This document shows, one piece after another, positions 30,037-44,117 of a stretch of 64,000 nucleotides of DNA. Below the pieces are notes generated by a model, which ran no database searches, was not told the DNA's origin, and saw only the letters and a program-made list of their open reading frames with translations. The first letter of the stretch is position 1; every line of letters begins with the position of its first letter. A program made the translations under genes and the position numbers. Origin of the DNA: Eledone cirrhosa (taxonomy: Eukaryota); NCBI GenBank assembly GCA_964016885.1, contig OZ024745.1, positions 132,432,001 to 132,496,000 on the forward strand, written 5' to 3'.

Positions 30037-30088
30037 GGCTTCTACGGGACTAGATCTGTTTCATTCGGCGAAAATCACCAGTAAAGCC
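30037..30088 (-). ncRNA. Degenerate HHR, family E
   Basis: GGCTTTA-CTGGTGA-TTTTCGCCGAAT-GAAA-CAG-atctagtc-CCG-TA/GAAGCC; core A6 mutated; element fused downstream to a family A piece (29911-29968). Confidence 0.6.
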
Positions 30089-30306
30089 AATATAATATGG
30101 TGGTATTTATACATTTTCTGGTCGTAGGAGAGGGTGGTGATTGGGATGGGTGGAGGTCATTGGCTGATGGATTTAGAGAATGGGATTTCTTTGAAAAAAC
30201 TATATTCCGAGAAAAATACATAGTGATACAAAAGCAGAAGTAAATTCACGCTAAATACCTATAGACAAACATGCACACTGAGAGGCACGCCTAATGTTCA
30301 ACTTTC

Positions 30307-30555
30307 ATGTATTCGAAGCAAAAATTATATCGAGATGATGGCCTTTTTGCTTTGCACAAGGTAAACCCCAGAACCACTGATGGGTTTCGGAAAAACTTAA
30401 GCTCTTTCTTCCGTAATCTAGGATTTAGAATAACCATAGAATCAAACATGACTAGGGCCAACTTTTTAGATGTCATTTTAGATGTAGATACTTCGCTCTA
30501 TCACCTGTACCACAAACCCAACGAATCCCTTAGATATATATATGTTGGCATTTGA
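30307..30555 (+). pseudogene. Penelope-like element reverse transcriptase fragment
   Basis: LYRDDGL..FRKNLSSFFRNLGFRITIESN..NFLDVILD..YHKPNESLRYI, typical of the PLE RT catalytic and thumb region. Confidence 0.85.
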
Positions 30556-31115
30556 ACTTTTCACACCTACCCAAAGTATCCAGTAAAGGTCAAATCAATC
30601 CCGATTTCTTAATTCATTTCCTTCCCTACCCACTCTACCCTACTTTTAATTTCTTACCCTCTCCTTTTCTGTCCTTCTCTTTATACATTCTCTACATTCT
30701 CGACCATATATGGTAAACATTAAAACCTTCACCTATTACAATAGTCACAGAATAATTGAGAGCACACAGATTGATGATGTGAAACTCTTTACCCCTACTC
30801 CCTCTCCTCTCTACCATCACACTAATTGATGGTATTTTATTCGATTATCATTTCAACTTATTTACATTTTCTTAAACGAAAATCCCATTCCTGAATATTA
30901 CCGCGCAGTGAACAGTCACTTCCACTATTATAGGCTTTCTGATGAAGTGTGATACATAATTAAGTATTACACATGATTGAACAATATATATTGTAGTCAG
31001 CATATGTAGACGATTATAATAGACATAGAAACATATTTTTCTTTATGAAACACTAGCTTATAAATATATGTATATATATATATAAATAAAGGTGAACACT
31101 TTCTTATCGTCTTCT

Positions 31116-31173
<58 letters not shown>

Positions 31174-31473
31174 GTACATACATTCATGTATGAAAATAAA
31201 ACATATCCTAGTCGTGGTAGAGAAATGTAAATATGTGAGGTCGTACTAAACATATTTAATCATATGTTCTTTTCTCCAATGAGCTGTAGAGACGACTTCT
31301 TTCCGATTTAATTCTCATTGATGAACGTTGTTGCTGTATAATTACCTATAATTACACGTTGAAGTCTTTTGTGAGTTAAACTTCGGTCATGATTACTGGG
31401 GATATACTCTACGGAATTCATAAGACTTATGATCAAATACCACACACATACAGACAAACTAACAAACACTCAC

Positions 31474-31559
<86 letters not shown>

Positions 31560-31907
31560 GTATGTGTGTGTGTGTGTGTGTGAAGTAGTGATGCTCTGAC
31601 ACAGCATGATTGCGAAATGTTCGTGTAAATAAGCAGTTTTACAGCCTTGCCATCAAAATATAAAGACAAACAGCCACACACGCGTACACACGCACACATA
31701 TACATACACACACACATACATGTATATAGCAGATCCCCTTTTAACACGATTAACCATGTTTTTGCACCCAGAGTGTTCTCCTCTGGGGTATAATCCTGGA
31801 CAAGGTGTGTTTGTGGAATACCAGTTTCTGGAATACCCCCCCCCTTTTAATGTCTTTCCACCACTCCCCCTCACACCGTCGGAACTCTTTTCCTTCCCAC
31901 TTTTCTC

Positions 31908-31935
31908 CCGATGAAGGGCTTATGCCCGAAGCGTC
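31908..31935 (+). ncRNA. Degenerate minimal HHR
   Basis: CCGATGA-AGGGC-TTAT-GCCC-GAAG-CGTC, two substitutions from CTGATGAAGGGCTTATGCCCGAAACGTC; stem I not evident. Confidence 0.55.
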
Positions 31936-31989
31936 CCTCCCCACACACACTCTCAAGCGTGAACCTAATTCTAACACTTTGTACTGCAC

Positions 31990-32475
31990 TCTTAATTGGA
32001 GTGAGGGTCGGAATAAGTGGGGTGGGGGAGCTGGAATAAGTGTAGTGGTGGTTGGAATAAGTGGGGTGGTTGGGGTGGGGTAGAATAAGTTGAATGAGGC
32101 TTGGAATAAGTGGAGTGAGGGTTGGATTACGTGGAGTGAGGGTTGGAATAAATCTAGGTTGTCTATGTTGATTTTTTTTTAAAAACCAGAATTAGTCGTT
32201 TAGTTTACATATTGAGACCCCAACCAAAAGTATTTATTTCATACGGTATGGGATTTCTAGTAATGTACTTTATTGTCATGTATAATGTGTTTTAATGTCT
32301 AAAGAAAATTGTCGCAGGAATGACTCCACTTAGAATAACATTTCGCCAGAGATAGATGAGCACATTTTAATAAGTGGGTGAGGGTGGGATATGAGTGGAG
32401 GTGGTGGAGGAAAAACTCAGAAAAATTAGTAAGTGGATGGGTTGGTGGTGGTCAATCATTTGAAACCCGAGACAA
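31990..32475. mobile_element. MITE-like repeat, sister of 19476-19873
   Basis: Shared internal block AATTAGTCGTTTAGTTTACATATTGAGAC..GGGATTTCTAGTAATGTAC; internal TTGGAATAAGTGG repeats. Confidence 0.6.
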
Positions 32476-33894
32476 TATGGCTTCGTCGTATCACATGCAA
32501 TAGATCTGCAGGGCCTTTACTCCCCCGCCCCAAGCACATTATAAGTATTATAGTAAAGTGAAATGATTGAAGTATAGCGTATCCTCTAAAACTAGGAAAA
32601 TATAAAACTCCAGTTTACATATTGTAATGAAGATTGGTAATAATTGGCAGATTTAAAGTTATTCTAACTAGTAACTAGTGTTGTTTCCGTATCTCATAGC
32701 TTTTCAGACTTAAGTTATCTTCAACACTTCTGTATACTACTGTCGAGGATATCATTGGTCCTGGTGGGTTGAATAGGTAACTGCTCCTTAGATACATTCA
32801 GAATCAGAATATAGATAGAGGTATCTTGATCTTATAATTAATTTACGATATATATTACTTCAAAACATTCATTCAGATGTCCAAAATATAAAATCTTTTA
32901 AAGCATCTTGCAAGGATATTAGATCTAAATTATGTTACTGATATCGAGGGCTACTTACTTTTTTTTATGGAGAGCAGAATACAATATGCTGAATTTATAG
33001 ACATTGCTGCATAACTTCCCAATAAAGGTTGGTCTGCTTGCTAATGACAGCATTATTGCACGAATTCTCATGTGATCTATTGTTAAAGAAGTGAAAGTAC
33101 CCTGAAATAATTCCCATTGGTAATATCGAAACTGGACAGGTCTTTTAAAATACCTACTGTAATAATTGGTTCCAGTTTTTAGAAATCATGTAGAACAGAT
33201 AATAATATAGTTTCAGATCAAATAATATTCGTCATTCTCCCGTTGACTAATCATTTAAAATAACATATCAGTTCAATATTCTGCAATCGTTTCTAAATCT
33301 AATTATTTTCTTCTCGAACTCTTCTTTTCAGTAGTATTTGCTTTAGCACAGAATATTCTTTGAAACTTAATAGACATCGAACGACCATCAGTTAGCTATA
33401 TATCTTTGGTTAATTACATGATCGATTTAATGGAAATTATGGATGTATCTCTCCATCATTTTTTCCTATACGGATATTTGCTTTATATATTTCATATAAA
33501 GATTCCTTACAGAAAGTATCAGAATGTCGGAAAAATAGTAATATTTCTCGAAGTATATGTGATAAATGGCAGTACTAATAAAGAGCACGCACCTATTTCT
33601 AGTACAATGCTTTATCACCAATTCTCAGTGACAGATGCATTATTTTTAAGGAGTCAAAGTCGAATATATACTTATATATTTATATATGCGTGTGTGTGAG
33701 AGTCCCAGTAAAGTACTCAATTCGTTAGTAGATATATACAAATTTCAATATAGAAATGCTTTCTGCAGGACTAGAACAGTTTCATTCAAAAGAAATCACC
33801 AAGAAAGCTTCCCTGGTGTTTTCCTTCGAATGAAACAGGTCTAGTCCTGTAATAGCCATTTATATATAAGTTCCCTATACAAATAAGTAATGGT

Positions 33895-34065
33895 ATTACG
33901 TATTTGTATAGGGAAAGTTTCCACGAACCAAAGTGTCGTCTTCCTCTCTTCCTTCGGTTGCAACCTTTTTTTAAATATTTACTTCTGCGTTCACATATTA
34001 ACTTTTTCAATTTCAGAAGATCCCGTTAAGGGTGAAAGCAGCGATTCTTTGCTTAAACTTTAATC
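33895..34065 (+). repeat. Repeat family C with HHR-like CAGAAGA..GAAA motif
   Basis: Homologous to 47657-47830 (-); 3' end fragments also at 55285 and 55451. Confidence 0.7.
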
Positions 34066-34156
34066 TGTTATGTTAATATAAATATATATATATATATAAA
34101 TATATATATATAATAAAATAAAATATATATATATATTAAAAAAAAAATATATATAT

Positions 34157-34188
<32 letters not shown>

Positions 34189-34226
34189 GGAAAACGAAGA
34201 ATCAGTGTGGCATCGGGACACAATTT

Positions 34227-34409
34227 ATTACGTATTACAACTGTTTTCCCGGCGAACAGCTCGAGGTGCGATCTGTTTGTGGATCGAACCTGACTCTGGA
34301 TTCGCAGGTTCCTCAGATACGTCTAGTGATTTCGAAGCAAATCCTCTTTCGATCCACAAACAGATCGCACCTCAAACTGTTCGCCGTGCAAACAATTGTA
34401 ATACGTAAT
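34227..34409. repeat. Fold-back element with HHR 3'-half-like ends
   Basis: ~60-bp inverted arms ending AAACA(A/G)TTGTAATACGTAAT. Confidence 0.8.
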
Positions 34410-34887
34410 CACTGATTACCCATCCTAATATCTAAAACAATTTTTTCATATAAGACCCTCTCCGTAATTTCATTAAATAAATAAATCTCGCTACCTCTAT
34501 TTTTCAATTTACCATTTTGTAATTTAATTTAATTTCATCCTATAACTCGCAACATAAATTTAACGTTTAATCTTCGGTTCACACATTAGACCATACAGAC
34601 ACACATTATAGATTCCTTGGGTAGCAATTTTTCGTGGCATTTTCTAACATGAATGTAGTTTGTCTCTTACTCTACACTTCTTTCTCCCTTTCTTTCTTCC
34701 CCTTCTTCTTTGACGGAGTGGTGGTAGCGCATTGTAAGCCTTCGCCCCCTCACCAGATATTCATTGGTAGTTTTTCGGTTGCCAACACTTTGGTGGCGGC
34801 TGGCTGAGAAGCTAGTCGGTCAGCCGTCCCTTCTGTCTCTGATTTTTCGGACCCATGGCTTTTTACATATTGCTTTGTCATATTCGA

Positions 34888-34945
34888 ATACCTGATGATA
34901 CCACCGGATTCATATGGAACCCGGTCATTGAAATGATCATGGTAT
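34888..34945 (+). ncRNA. Degenerate type-I HHR
   Basis: ATAC-CTGATGA-tacc-ACCGG..CCGGT-catt-GAAA-TGATCA-TG-GTAT; palindromic stem III, G at the cleavage position. Confidence 0.6.
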
Positions 34946-36520
34946 ATTAAACCTTTGAAGGATTTACACCAGTCCAGCCTCCTGTTATTTCATTTATATA
35001 TATATAAGTTATAAGCGTAAAGCTATTTCTCCAAGTAATATCGATGATTTTGTTTGTCCCGCAAATCAACATAGTTGAGTGGAATGAAAGACATGAAATG
35101 AAACGTACTCTTCTTTTTCTAGGCAGCATACATGAAGATAATTCATATTAACAGTGAATGAAACTACCAATATTTCTTAGAAGTTGGAAAGATGTTAATA
35201 TTTGAAAATGTCAGTTTCAGTTGCAATTCATTTCTTAATACTACGACAATACCAACCAGTCCCTGCTTATATTAAAGAGCTGAGAAACGGTTATAATCAA
35301 TTAGGTGTTGACACAACTACAAGTTTAGTAACATCTTTAAATCATCGGATACTTCCAAGGTTTGAAAATTTGTTTGAATATCGTTAATAAACTGTTTTTC
35401 AGAAAAGATCTCAACACTTAATTTGCTGAAAAGTAGATACTCGACAAAAGGGTCTATGGAAAAATTTAATACACAACTAATATAACCTCAAAGATGCTGT
35501 TCTGTACATTTAGTCGTTCCTTTCTAAAATATCAATTCATGAGTATGTGAGGGTTTGACTGATATTTAAGACTTTTTGACATTGATGCGTTGGTGACAGG
35601 AAATAAACTTCCTTTGATTTGACTGGTATCAGTGCCTGTTACAAGATAGAATATAATATACATTTTGTCAGATGTTGGATAAAATTAAAACAAAATTATT
35701 CTGCCTTCGATTTTCTGGGGTTTTTCCTTGCATATAATATCAATATGCACATTTCTCATATCATACAATGCTCCCCATCCACAAGAGAGAAATATATTCA
35801 AATGTGATCTCTATTACTTTAATGCTAGTACATATGGTATATTGATTCTACACCAACTGCAAAAGCATCTATCTTAAAAGGCTCCCAGGCAAAGTCCATT
35901 GACAATGACTCGTTTAACAACTCACTGCAAATACAAGTTCACGAGTGAATAGTTTCCTATCCTTGATACCCGTGTAAAAATATAGAGATAGATCAACAAA
36001 GAATAAAAATAGTAAGTAAACATAGATAATGTATCGACAAAATAGAAAGTCAGCGTATTTAACAGTGCATTAATGTATTTAACGCCGTGTTGAGGATATT
36101 GTCGATGTTGATAGTGTCTGAACGTCAAGATAAACTACAGTGGAAAGAATAAACGATGTTTGTTGAAATGTGTATTATGGAATGGTGGACAGATTTCGTG
36201 GAGTGAAGAAGTTGCGTTTTGTGAAACGTAACAAAGGAAGCGTGACAAAGGAGCGTAGGGGAAGGCATTTACTGAAGTGAAGTACTTGTATGTGTTTGTA
36301 TGTGTGTATGTGCGTGTATGTGTTTGTGTTTCTGCGTGTGTGTGTGTTAGTCAGGGCAATGTGTGTATATGTGTATGATGAGTGGGATAATATATTAGTG
36401 GGAAAGAAATGGTGTGAAGACAGTTGTGTCTGAAAATATTATGCATAGATTAACATATGTTTTTAAAGGAGAGTGTATGTGCGTGATGTGTCTTAAAGTA
36501 GGATTTGGTGACATTATTTT

Positions 36521-36865
36521 GTAGATGTGTTCAAGTGGTATCTAAGACAGTCATTCTATTGATGTTTAATATAGTGTAGATGTGTTTAAGTGGTATCTAA
36601 GACAGACATTCTATTGACATTTAATATAGTGTAGATGTATTCAAGTGGTATCTAATACAGTCATTCTATTGATGTTTAATATAGTGTAGATGTGTTTAAG
36701 TGGTATCTAAGACAGACATTCTATTGATATTTAATATAGTGTAGATGTATTCAAGTGGTATCTAAGACAAACATTCTATTGATATTTAATATAGAGTAGA
36801 TGTGTTCAAGTGGTATCTAAGACAGTCATTCTATTGATGTTTAATATAGTGTAGATGTGTTTAAG
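36521..36865. repeat. 55-bp minisatellite, ~6.3 copies
   Basis: Unit GTAGATGTGTTCAAGTGGTATCTAAGACAGTCATTCTATTGATGTTTAATATAGT; starts at 36521, 36576, 36631, 36686, 36741, 36796, 36851. Confidence 0.95.
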
Positions 36866-37839
36866 TTTGTTACATTTGAATTAGATGATTATTTCAAATA
36901 AATTCAACACGCGACACTATACCCAGTTAACTATTATTAAACTAAAATTAGTTGGTGTGTCGAAAATAATCATTTGTTCGATTTTTATGACGTAACTGTT
37001 ATAGCAGAGACGTATAACGTTAAATATACCTTTTATTAATTCACCTGGTGAAACGTAAGGAATATTGTTTTAATGATTTCTAATATTTGTTTTTTTCTCT
37101 AAAAGGGGGCATTCACATTAGAGTTTCCCTGTAGAGCTATCTGGGTCAGTACTTAAGAGAAATATAAAAAATATACTTGAAAGTTTTTCTTCTCCAGTTG
37201 CAGATGTCTATGTTTCAGTAAAAATAGAGCACAAAAGCTTCAGATGGTGTTATCGGTCGATGAGGCGATGCTGCGTATGCTTCAGCTCAAACAGTGCCAC
37301 AGGCTGAGAGTGTATGCAATAACCTCGCCAACGTACACATCTTTGCATATTTATGCATTCATACTTCCATAACGAACGCTGTTGTGCATGTGGTAAGCTT
37401 TTCTGTGGAAACTATTCTTTCATCCAGATTCGATTCATGATTATCAGATTTCACTCACTCCCATAATCCCTTTGCAAAATGCATGATCATAAAGTTACCG
37501 CCTGGAGACAATAACGCCTATCACGAAAAAGCAATTGTCTATATTTATGAAAAAAAATACTTCTATACACTTATGAATACGTGACGATGAATTGTTGAAT
37601 TGTTGAGAGAAAGAAGTAAATAAAAGAAATAGAAAGACTGTGGGAGTAATATATGTTATGTGGTGGAGAGAAAGAAAAAAGTGATACAGAGACAAACAGA
37701 TAGACAGAACAGACAGTGCAGGAAGAGTTGTATACATACACATACACACACATGCGCACACACATATATATACGTATACTTATTTATATATATAGATAAA
37801 CATATACATACACACACACATGTATATATATATATATAA

Positions 37840-37871
<32 letters not shown>

Positions 37872-38162
37872 ATAAATACCCACGTACATATATATATATA
37901 AAGATACATACATAACAAATTCCTACAAACTCATAATAAATACATCTAGCCTAGCGTGCACCTTAAAATATATTGAGTTCTTCATTGGATAAACTTCATC
38001 CCAGTTTTCACCCGCAAATATCTATCTGTCTGTCGATCTGTCAGACTGTCTATCAGTCTGGTTCCAGATGTACATACATATAGACAAACATGTGTATGTG
38101 TGTAGCTTGCAGGGTTAAGTATTTGATAAATATATAGGCAGATGGAATGACTGTTTGGATGC

Positions 38163-38223
<61 letters not shown>

Positions 38224-38789
38224 TTTATGTAAGCGTATGAGATAATTAAAAGTCGGTGGGGATGGGAGAAGCTCATGTTACTAATCTTGTAAATAATTCA
38301 CATAGAAGTGGATGTTTCACTGCATCTCCGCTCCACCTCTTCCTCAGTCCATCAATCAATGAGAAATTATTTAATCTAATCAAAGAAAGAAAAGCTCTTC
38401 AGTTAGATATCAGAAGAAGTGACGTACAATACAATCAATAGAGTGTCTTCCACTCTTGCGGTTTAATGCTCACCGTTAAGTCTAACGAATAATTGCCACG
38501 ACGTCTTTGTAGATTTGTGTTTATCGGCAAAGTCAACATGAATGCTTATTTTATAATTGTTTCATTTATATATTTTTGTGTTCTCTTCGATCTTAATGTT
38601 TTTGTTAATCATTTTTAATTTCATGTTAGTTTCATTGCTGCTTATTAATTATTAAATGGTAACCTCGTATGAACACAATGGCAGCATTAGACTGAGGCAG
38701 ATGTATCGAATCTGACAATTCCTTAGACATTGCTTTCATATGATTAAATAATTTATTTTATTTTTATTTCTATATTTGCTCCACTGTAA

Positions 38790-38903
<114 letters not shown>

Positions 38904-39603
38904 TGAGTCTCAGTCATTGATGTTAGTTAACTGGAAAGTTTGTTGAAATGAATATCAAGCCACTACCTGCAGCCTCAGATATTCAGGACGTATCGCAGGG
39001 TTCTTGCTGGTCCCAGCAAGCATGCCTTTTGAAGCGTTCCAAAAAGCGGGAAGGGGCTAATTTTCTTTAACCATTCCTGGAAACTTTTTGAGATAGTACC
39101 TAGTGCGCCTATGACAATCGGGACCACTTTGACTTCATGGCAGTTCCAAATCCTTTTTACCTCCCACTTTAAGTCCTGGTATCGGTTAATATTCTCCCTC
39201 TCCTTCTCTTGCACTCTCGTGTCGAATGGGCAGGCCACACCCACAATCAGGCACGATCTTTTTTCCTTGTCCAAAACCACCAGGTCAGGTCTATTGTGTT
39301 CCAGTTTCTTGTCCGTCTGTATCCTAAAATCACACATCACCTTCACCTGATCGTTTTCTACCACCGACTCTGGCTTATGCTCATACCACTTCTCAGAATG
39401 TGGTAAATTGTTTACTTTGCATAGGTGCCAGTGGATCACCCTGCCCATCACATCATGTCTCCAGTCCTTATAGTGAGTCTGGGCTAGGTGTTTACACTCG
39501 GATACAATGTGAGCCACAGTCTCCTCTCTCTCCACAGATCCTGCGCAGTCGGCTAGCCTCCTCCTTGTAAATATGGTGTTTCAACCACTTCGTTTTGAGG
39601 GCC

Positions 39604-39604
<1 letters not shown>
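38904..39604 (-). mobile_element. 5'-truncated R4/Dong-clade non-LTR retrotransposon (Zn knuckle + restriction-like endonuclease)
   Basis: ORF 39535-38975: ETVAHIVSEC..RHD..HNRPDLVVLD..YQDL..VPIVIGALG; flanked on both sides by long (TAA)n. Confidence 0.9.
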
Positions 39605-39697
<93 letters not shown>

Positions 39698-39699
39698 TT

Positions 39700-40190
39700 T
39701 ATTGTGCATCATTACTGTTTTACCGAGTACAGCTCTGTGTACCTTGGATATGTGCAGTGTTATTTTTGCTGATGTTTCTATTGTATTAATCATACTTTTC
39801 GTAATATGTGTGCAGTCACTAATTGTGCTATCTTTTGTACTCTGTATATATTTGTAAGTCCTGTGGTACTCTATATAATGTATATATTTGTAAGTCCTGG
39901 GGTTTTGGTTATGTGCGTTTTTATCATACCTAGATCACCTATTATTATAGGTGTTGATCCTGTTTTCATTTTCCACATCCAAATTATTTCTATCTCTCGA
40001 TTTTTATATTTGGAGGGTTTCTCTATTTCCTTGGGAGATATATTGTCGTCTGTGGGATAGATACAGCTATTAGAAGGCATTTTTTGTGGTCATTGACTAT
40101 AATATCTGGTCGGTTATTATTGGTTGTCTGGTAGAGAGGATGTTTTTATTTGCGAGATGCAGAGTTAATGATTTTCAAATCTTTGCATTC
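39700..40190 (-). mobile_element. Older R4/Dong-like RLE fragment
   Basis: NNRPDIIV..KCLLIAVSIPTDDN..KEIEK.SKY..EIE..MW..PIIIGDLG with frameshifts; ends in (TAA)n. Confidence 0.78.
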
Positions 40191-40199
40191 AAATAATTG

Positions 40200-41910
40200 T
40201 TGTATATTTTGTGACAAAGGGGTCATAAGATCTCTGTCTGTGTCCCGTGAAAGGGAAACTATAATATTTGGACCTTTTGGCCCAAATATTTGGACTTAGT
40301 GTCAACATTTCTTTTCTCAAAAAAAAAAAAAGAAACATGGGGGAGACACGACCCCAAACTTTGAGTCTGCCATCGGAATACGGCGACTTAAAAGTTGAGA
40401 GGAGGGATTTGCCAACATAAACTATCACCACTGTGAAAACAACCGAAAAAATAATTATTATAAACATAACATGCAACAACAAATTTAACAATACCATAAC
40501 CAACAACATGAACAACGACAGAAACAGTGAAACAAGTAAATCAGAACGACAACAACTCCAAGAACAACAACGAAGTGAAAAACAACATCAACAACTGCAA
40601 CATCGAAATGAACACTAAGAATTACACCAACTGCAACAGCAACAACCGCAACATCACCACCAAGAACAAAAAGAGGCCATGCTTCAGTATGGACTTCACT
40701 GATAAATATAAAATCTTGCCCCAAGCCTGAAAGCTCATCAAGCAAGAGCAAAACTGGGCCAACTGAACTGTCCCGGCAAACGCCATAGAATCGGTGGAGA
40801 GAAGAACGGTGTTGTATTTCAGATCCATTTCATTACAGGCAAAAAAAGCGGCAATAATTCCTCAAGCCGAAATTGAAGCTGCACTGATGTGCATCAGGGA
40901 TGACACCGAGTACGTAGCCAGGGACAGACAATGCAGCGCCATTTCAATGTTGTGTAAGTCAGAAGCCGTTGCTATTATACACACGATGAACCCTTCGAAA
41001 ACCGGCAAGGTCATCATGTACTCCTCCCACATGGGCAAAAGATCGACGAGAGTCCACATTCCCGGAATACCCCCAGGACTTGACATTAGGTGGTGCTTGT
41101 GGCGGAGATGGATACAGTTCGATCGAGGTATCGTGGACAGCCGGGGAGGACTGGTCTGGGGTTGATACTTCTCAAGATCAGACAGGAAGGCGTAAGAAAA
41201 ATCCTGCCACATCTGCCTCAAAAACAGGACGCATTGTTTTGTCTCCGGTGAAACAACGCATTTTCAAGCCTTCTTTTCTCAACTATTGAAACACGCAAAG
41301 GGTCGTAATTCTCCACTACCGCCGACGCCTGGGCGAGGACCACCACCAACACCAGCAACGGCAAGACTACCAGTAGCAACACTAGCGGAAACGCCACCAC
41401 CAAGTTTGTCTACCCAGGAGGAAAACGAATAAAGCTCTCCAACCCCTCCCCTCCACAAAAAAAAAATACACACGTGGACACAAACACAAAAAGAAACCCA
41501 AACACACACATGTTTCTCTGCGGCCAATCCCCAGTTACCGTGGAAAGGTAGATGTGAGTGTAGAGAGAAGTGCTGCTCCCCCCCCCCTCTGTACATTTGC
41601 TAAAAGGTGTGTGACTGTTGGAAGGACGGCCGGTATGATTGGGCCTACTTTGAGCATGCGCCTATAGGTTGGTAAAATGGAAGGAGAGAGGGCACTATCC
41701 GAGGGTGCTCTTGGAGATGATGGTGGGCTGGGTATTGTGGAGTTTCTAATGTCTGAGTCGTATCAATACCATTATTGAGGAATTCTGTTGTTGATATCTG
41801 TTGTCAATTATTTTAATTATTTTAATCGATTGCATGTAAACCTCCACTGTCCCCGTCTTTGTATTGTCCTCTATGTTCGGCCCTTTTGGCCAATAATAAA
41901 GAAATCCTTA
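40200..41910 (+). mobile_element. Internally deleted Tx1/L1-like LINE remnant (ORF1-like region and 3' end)
   Basis: Broken ORF1-like text (RVHIPGIPPG), CHIC knuckle-like remnant near 41205, 3' end CCTCTATGTTCGGCCCTTTTGGCCAATAATAAAGAAAT with poly(A)-like signal. Confidence 0.45.
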
Positions 41911-41950
41911 ATATTATTGTTGTTATTATTATTATTATTATTGTTGTTGA

Positions 41951-42160
41951 GGGCGGTGGATAGGCAGTACCGGTGTACAGTCGGACGTCATGCTTTGCAG
42001 CATAGAGTTACGTACCTTTATGATCTGAGTTCAAACCGCGCCGAGGTTAACTTTGCCTTTCATACTTACGAGGTCGATAAAGTACCTGTAATGCACTGCG
42101 GTCGATTTAATCGACTTTCCCCCCAAATTGCTGGCCTAGTGCCTATACTAGAAATCAATA
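41951..42160 (+). mobile_element. Nin-domain SINE (longer variant)
   Basis: A/B boxes, Nin core, extra GGTCGATTTAATCGACT segment. Confidence 0.85.
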
Positions 42161-44117
42161 TTGTTATTCTTGTCTTTGTTGTTATCGTTAAGATTGGTAT
42201 TTTTATATCTGTGTTATTTAACTTTATTTATTTTTTGTTGTTAGTGATTGGAATGAAAAATGAAAATAATTGCTCATCATTATCAATACCTTCTGTCTTC
42301 TTCAATGAATATTTCTTCTTCTTCTTCTTCTTCTTATCCCCCCTCCTCCTTCTCCTCCCCTTCTTCTTCTTCTTCTTCTTCTTCTTCTTCTTCTTCTTCT
42401 TCTTCTTCTTCTTCTTCTTCTTCTTCTTCTTCTTCTTCTTCATCATCTTCTTCTTCTTCTTCTTCTTCTTCCACTTCTTCTTCTTCGTTAAGCTGTATTT
42501 TTTGAAAATTTAATTTACATATTTTCTGTTCAATTTTGTTTTATATTTCACGGAGTTAGTTCACTTAATAAAAATAATGTAATGTGTTGCTATTCTTCAT
42601 TAAACTGTTTAATTACTTGAGACAAAACATCACTTAGAGAGATTTTAAAGCTATTGTTACTATTAATTTACTTTTATATATTTTTCTCATCTCCACTAGT
42701 TTCTCATTTATTATTTCTGTCTTCTAGTATTGTAATTGTGAGTGGAAACCATAGGAAATTATTCAAAATGTTGCTTTGTTTCTGTATATTAGAAAAATAA
42801 CCAGCCATACAAAGCAGCCATGAAAAAGCCTTGCCATCTATCTCCTCATCTTTATATTTCTTCCTCCCCGCTTCTTTGTCACCGTTGTTAACATCAGCAC
42901 AGTGATTGTGCCTATCGTTATTCTCATCATTATAAACATACCTCTCCTCATTACTCAACCATCAAAATAACGTTCACCTCTTTCATCATACTTTGATTAG
43001 TTTCTCAGAATATTAGGACGATTGTTTCAAATCTCCATTTTATCTGTTCGCTGATTCCTGTTCACGTCGCCATTACACACGATCCTTACTTGATCTCTAA
43101 TTTCACTTCCTCCTCATTGCTATTTTGCTCTATTTTGTTATCACCAGGACATCATCGTCATTCTCATTATCTACTTTTTCTTATTGCAGTTGTGTCAGTC
43201 CAACGTGTGCTGAGGAATATTTTAATAGTATTTTAACACTTTGAACCCAATCATTAAGCAAGAACTAAATATCACATCACACGATTTTATGCCATACATG
43301 TTACTGATTCCCTAGCAATTAAAATTATCCGTGGAACCTTTCCGGAATTAACGAACTGCATACCATTCTTAACATTTGCAATAGATCTCTTTTGATTACT
43401 AACATTGGCTTTCACCGGAAACTAATTCTGTGCATTCGCCTTTGTCGCATTTTCTACAATGCAATTATATTAATTTTCTGAATCGTTTCTTTAACTACAG
43501 TTGAAACGCTAAAGGTTAAAACATTTATTTTCATCTAAAATGTGAAGACAACGTTGTAGGTGAGTAGGTGACAATTGTCTCAGCTACTTTCAATTGGAAC
43601 TCCGTGTAGCATTTTGGAAATCTAGCCAGGAATATTAATAGAGTCAAGAATATTGACTCATTGAATGTAAAATGTAATACTAGGATATTTATACCATCAG
43701 TTATTGATGTTCTATCATTACATTTTGTATTCAATATGAAAACCACAAACAGATAATGTAAACAAATATAATATGTTTGTACTCTTACTGTTTGTGCTTT
43801 TTTTATATTGTTTCCTTCTATAATTGGGGATTCGATAATTGATAAGTGACCTTATACTAGAAGGACACAAGTTTATTTCCTCACCTCGTTATTGTTTCAC
43901 CATGTCTCTGCTGCAATAAGGGGAATTAAAGTTGGGAAATGCTGTCTTCATAAATATAGGATGGATAGGAGAAAAACAAATCGAATGCTGACGTTTTTGC
44001 TAAAGTCATAGTCTGAGAATCTTGTATAAGTAATAACAGCCCGTCAGGTAATCATGGTATATCAATAATTCTGATATATGTCCGCTCAGAGTCGAGCCTG
44101 GATATTCAGTAATAATG

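Noticed and set aside
37198-37391. Plus-strand exon-like segment with AG/GT signals (similar cases at 43501-43559 and ~61900-62043)
   Set aside because: Stops in all frames or no convincing acceptor; cannot support a coding exon without RNA data.
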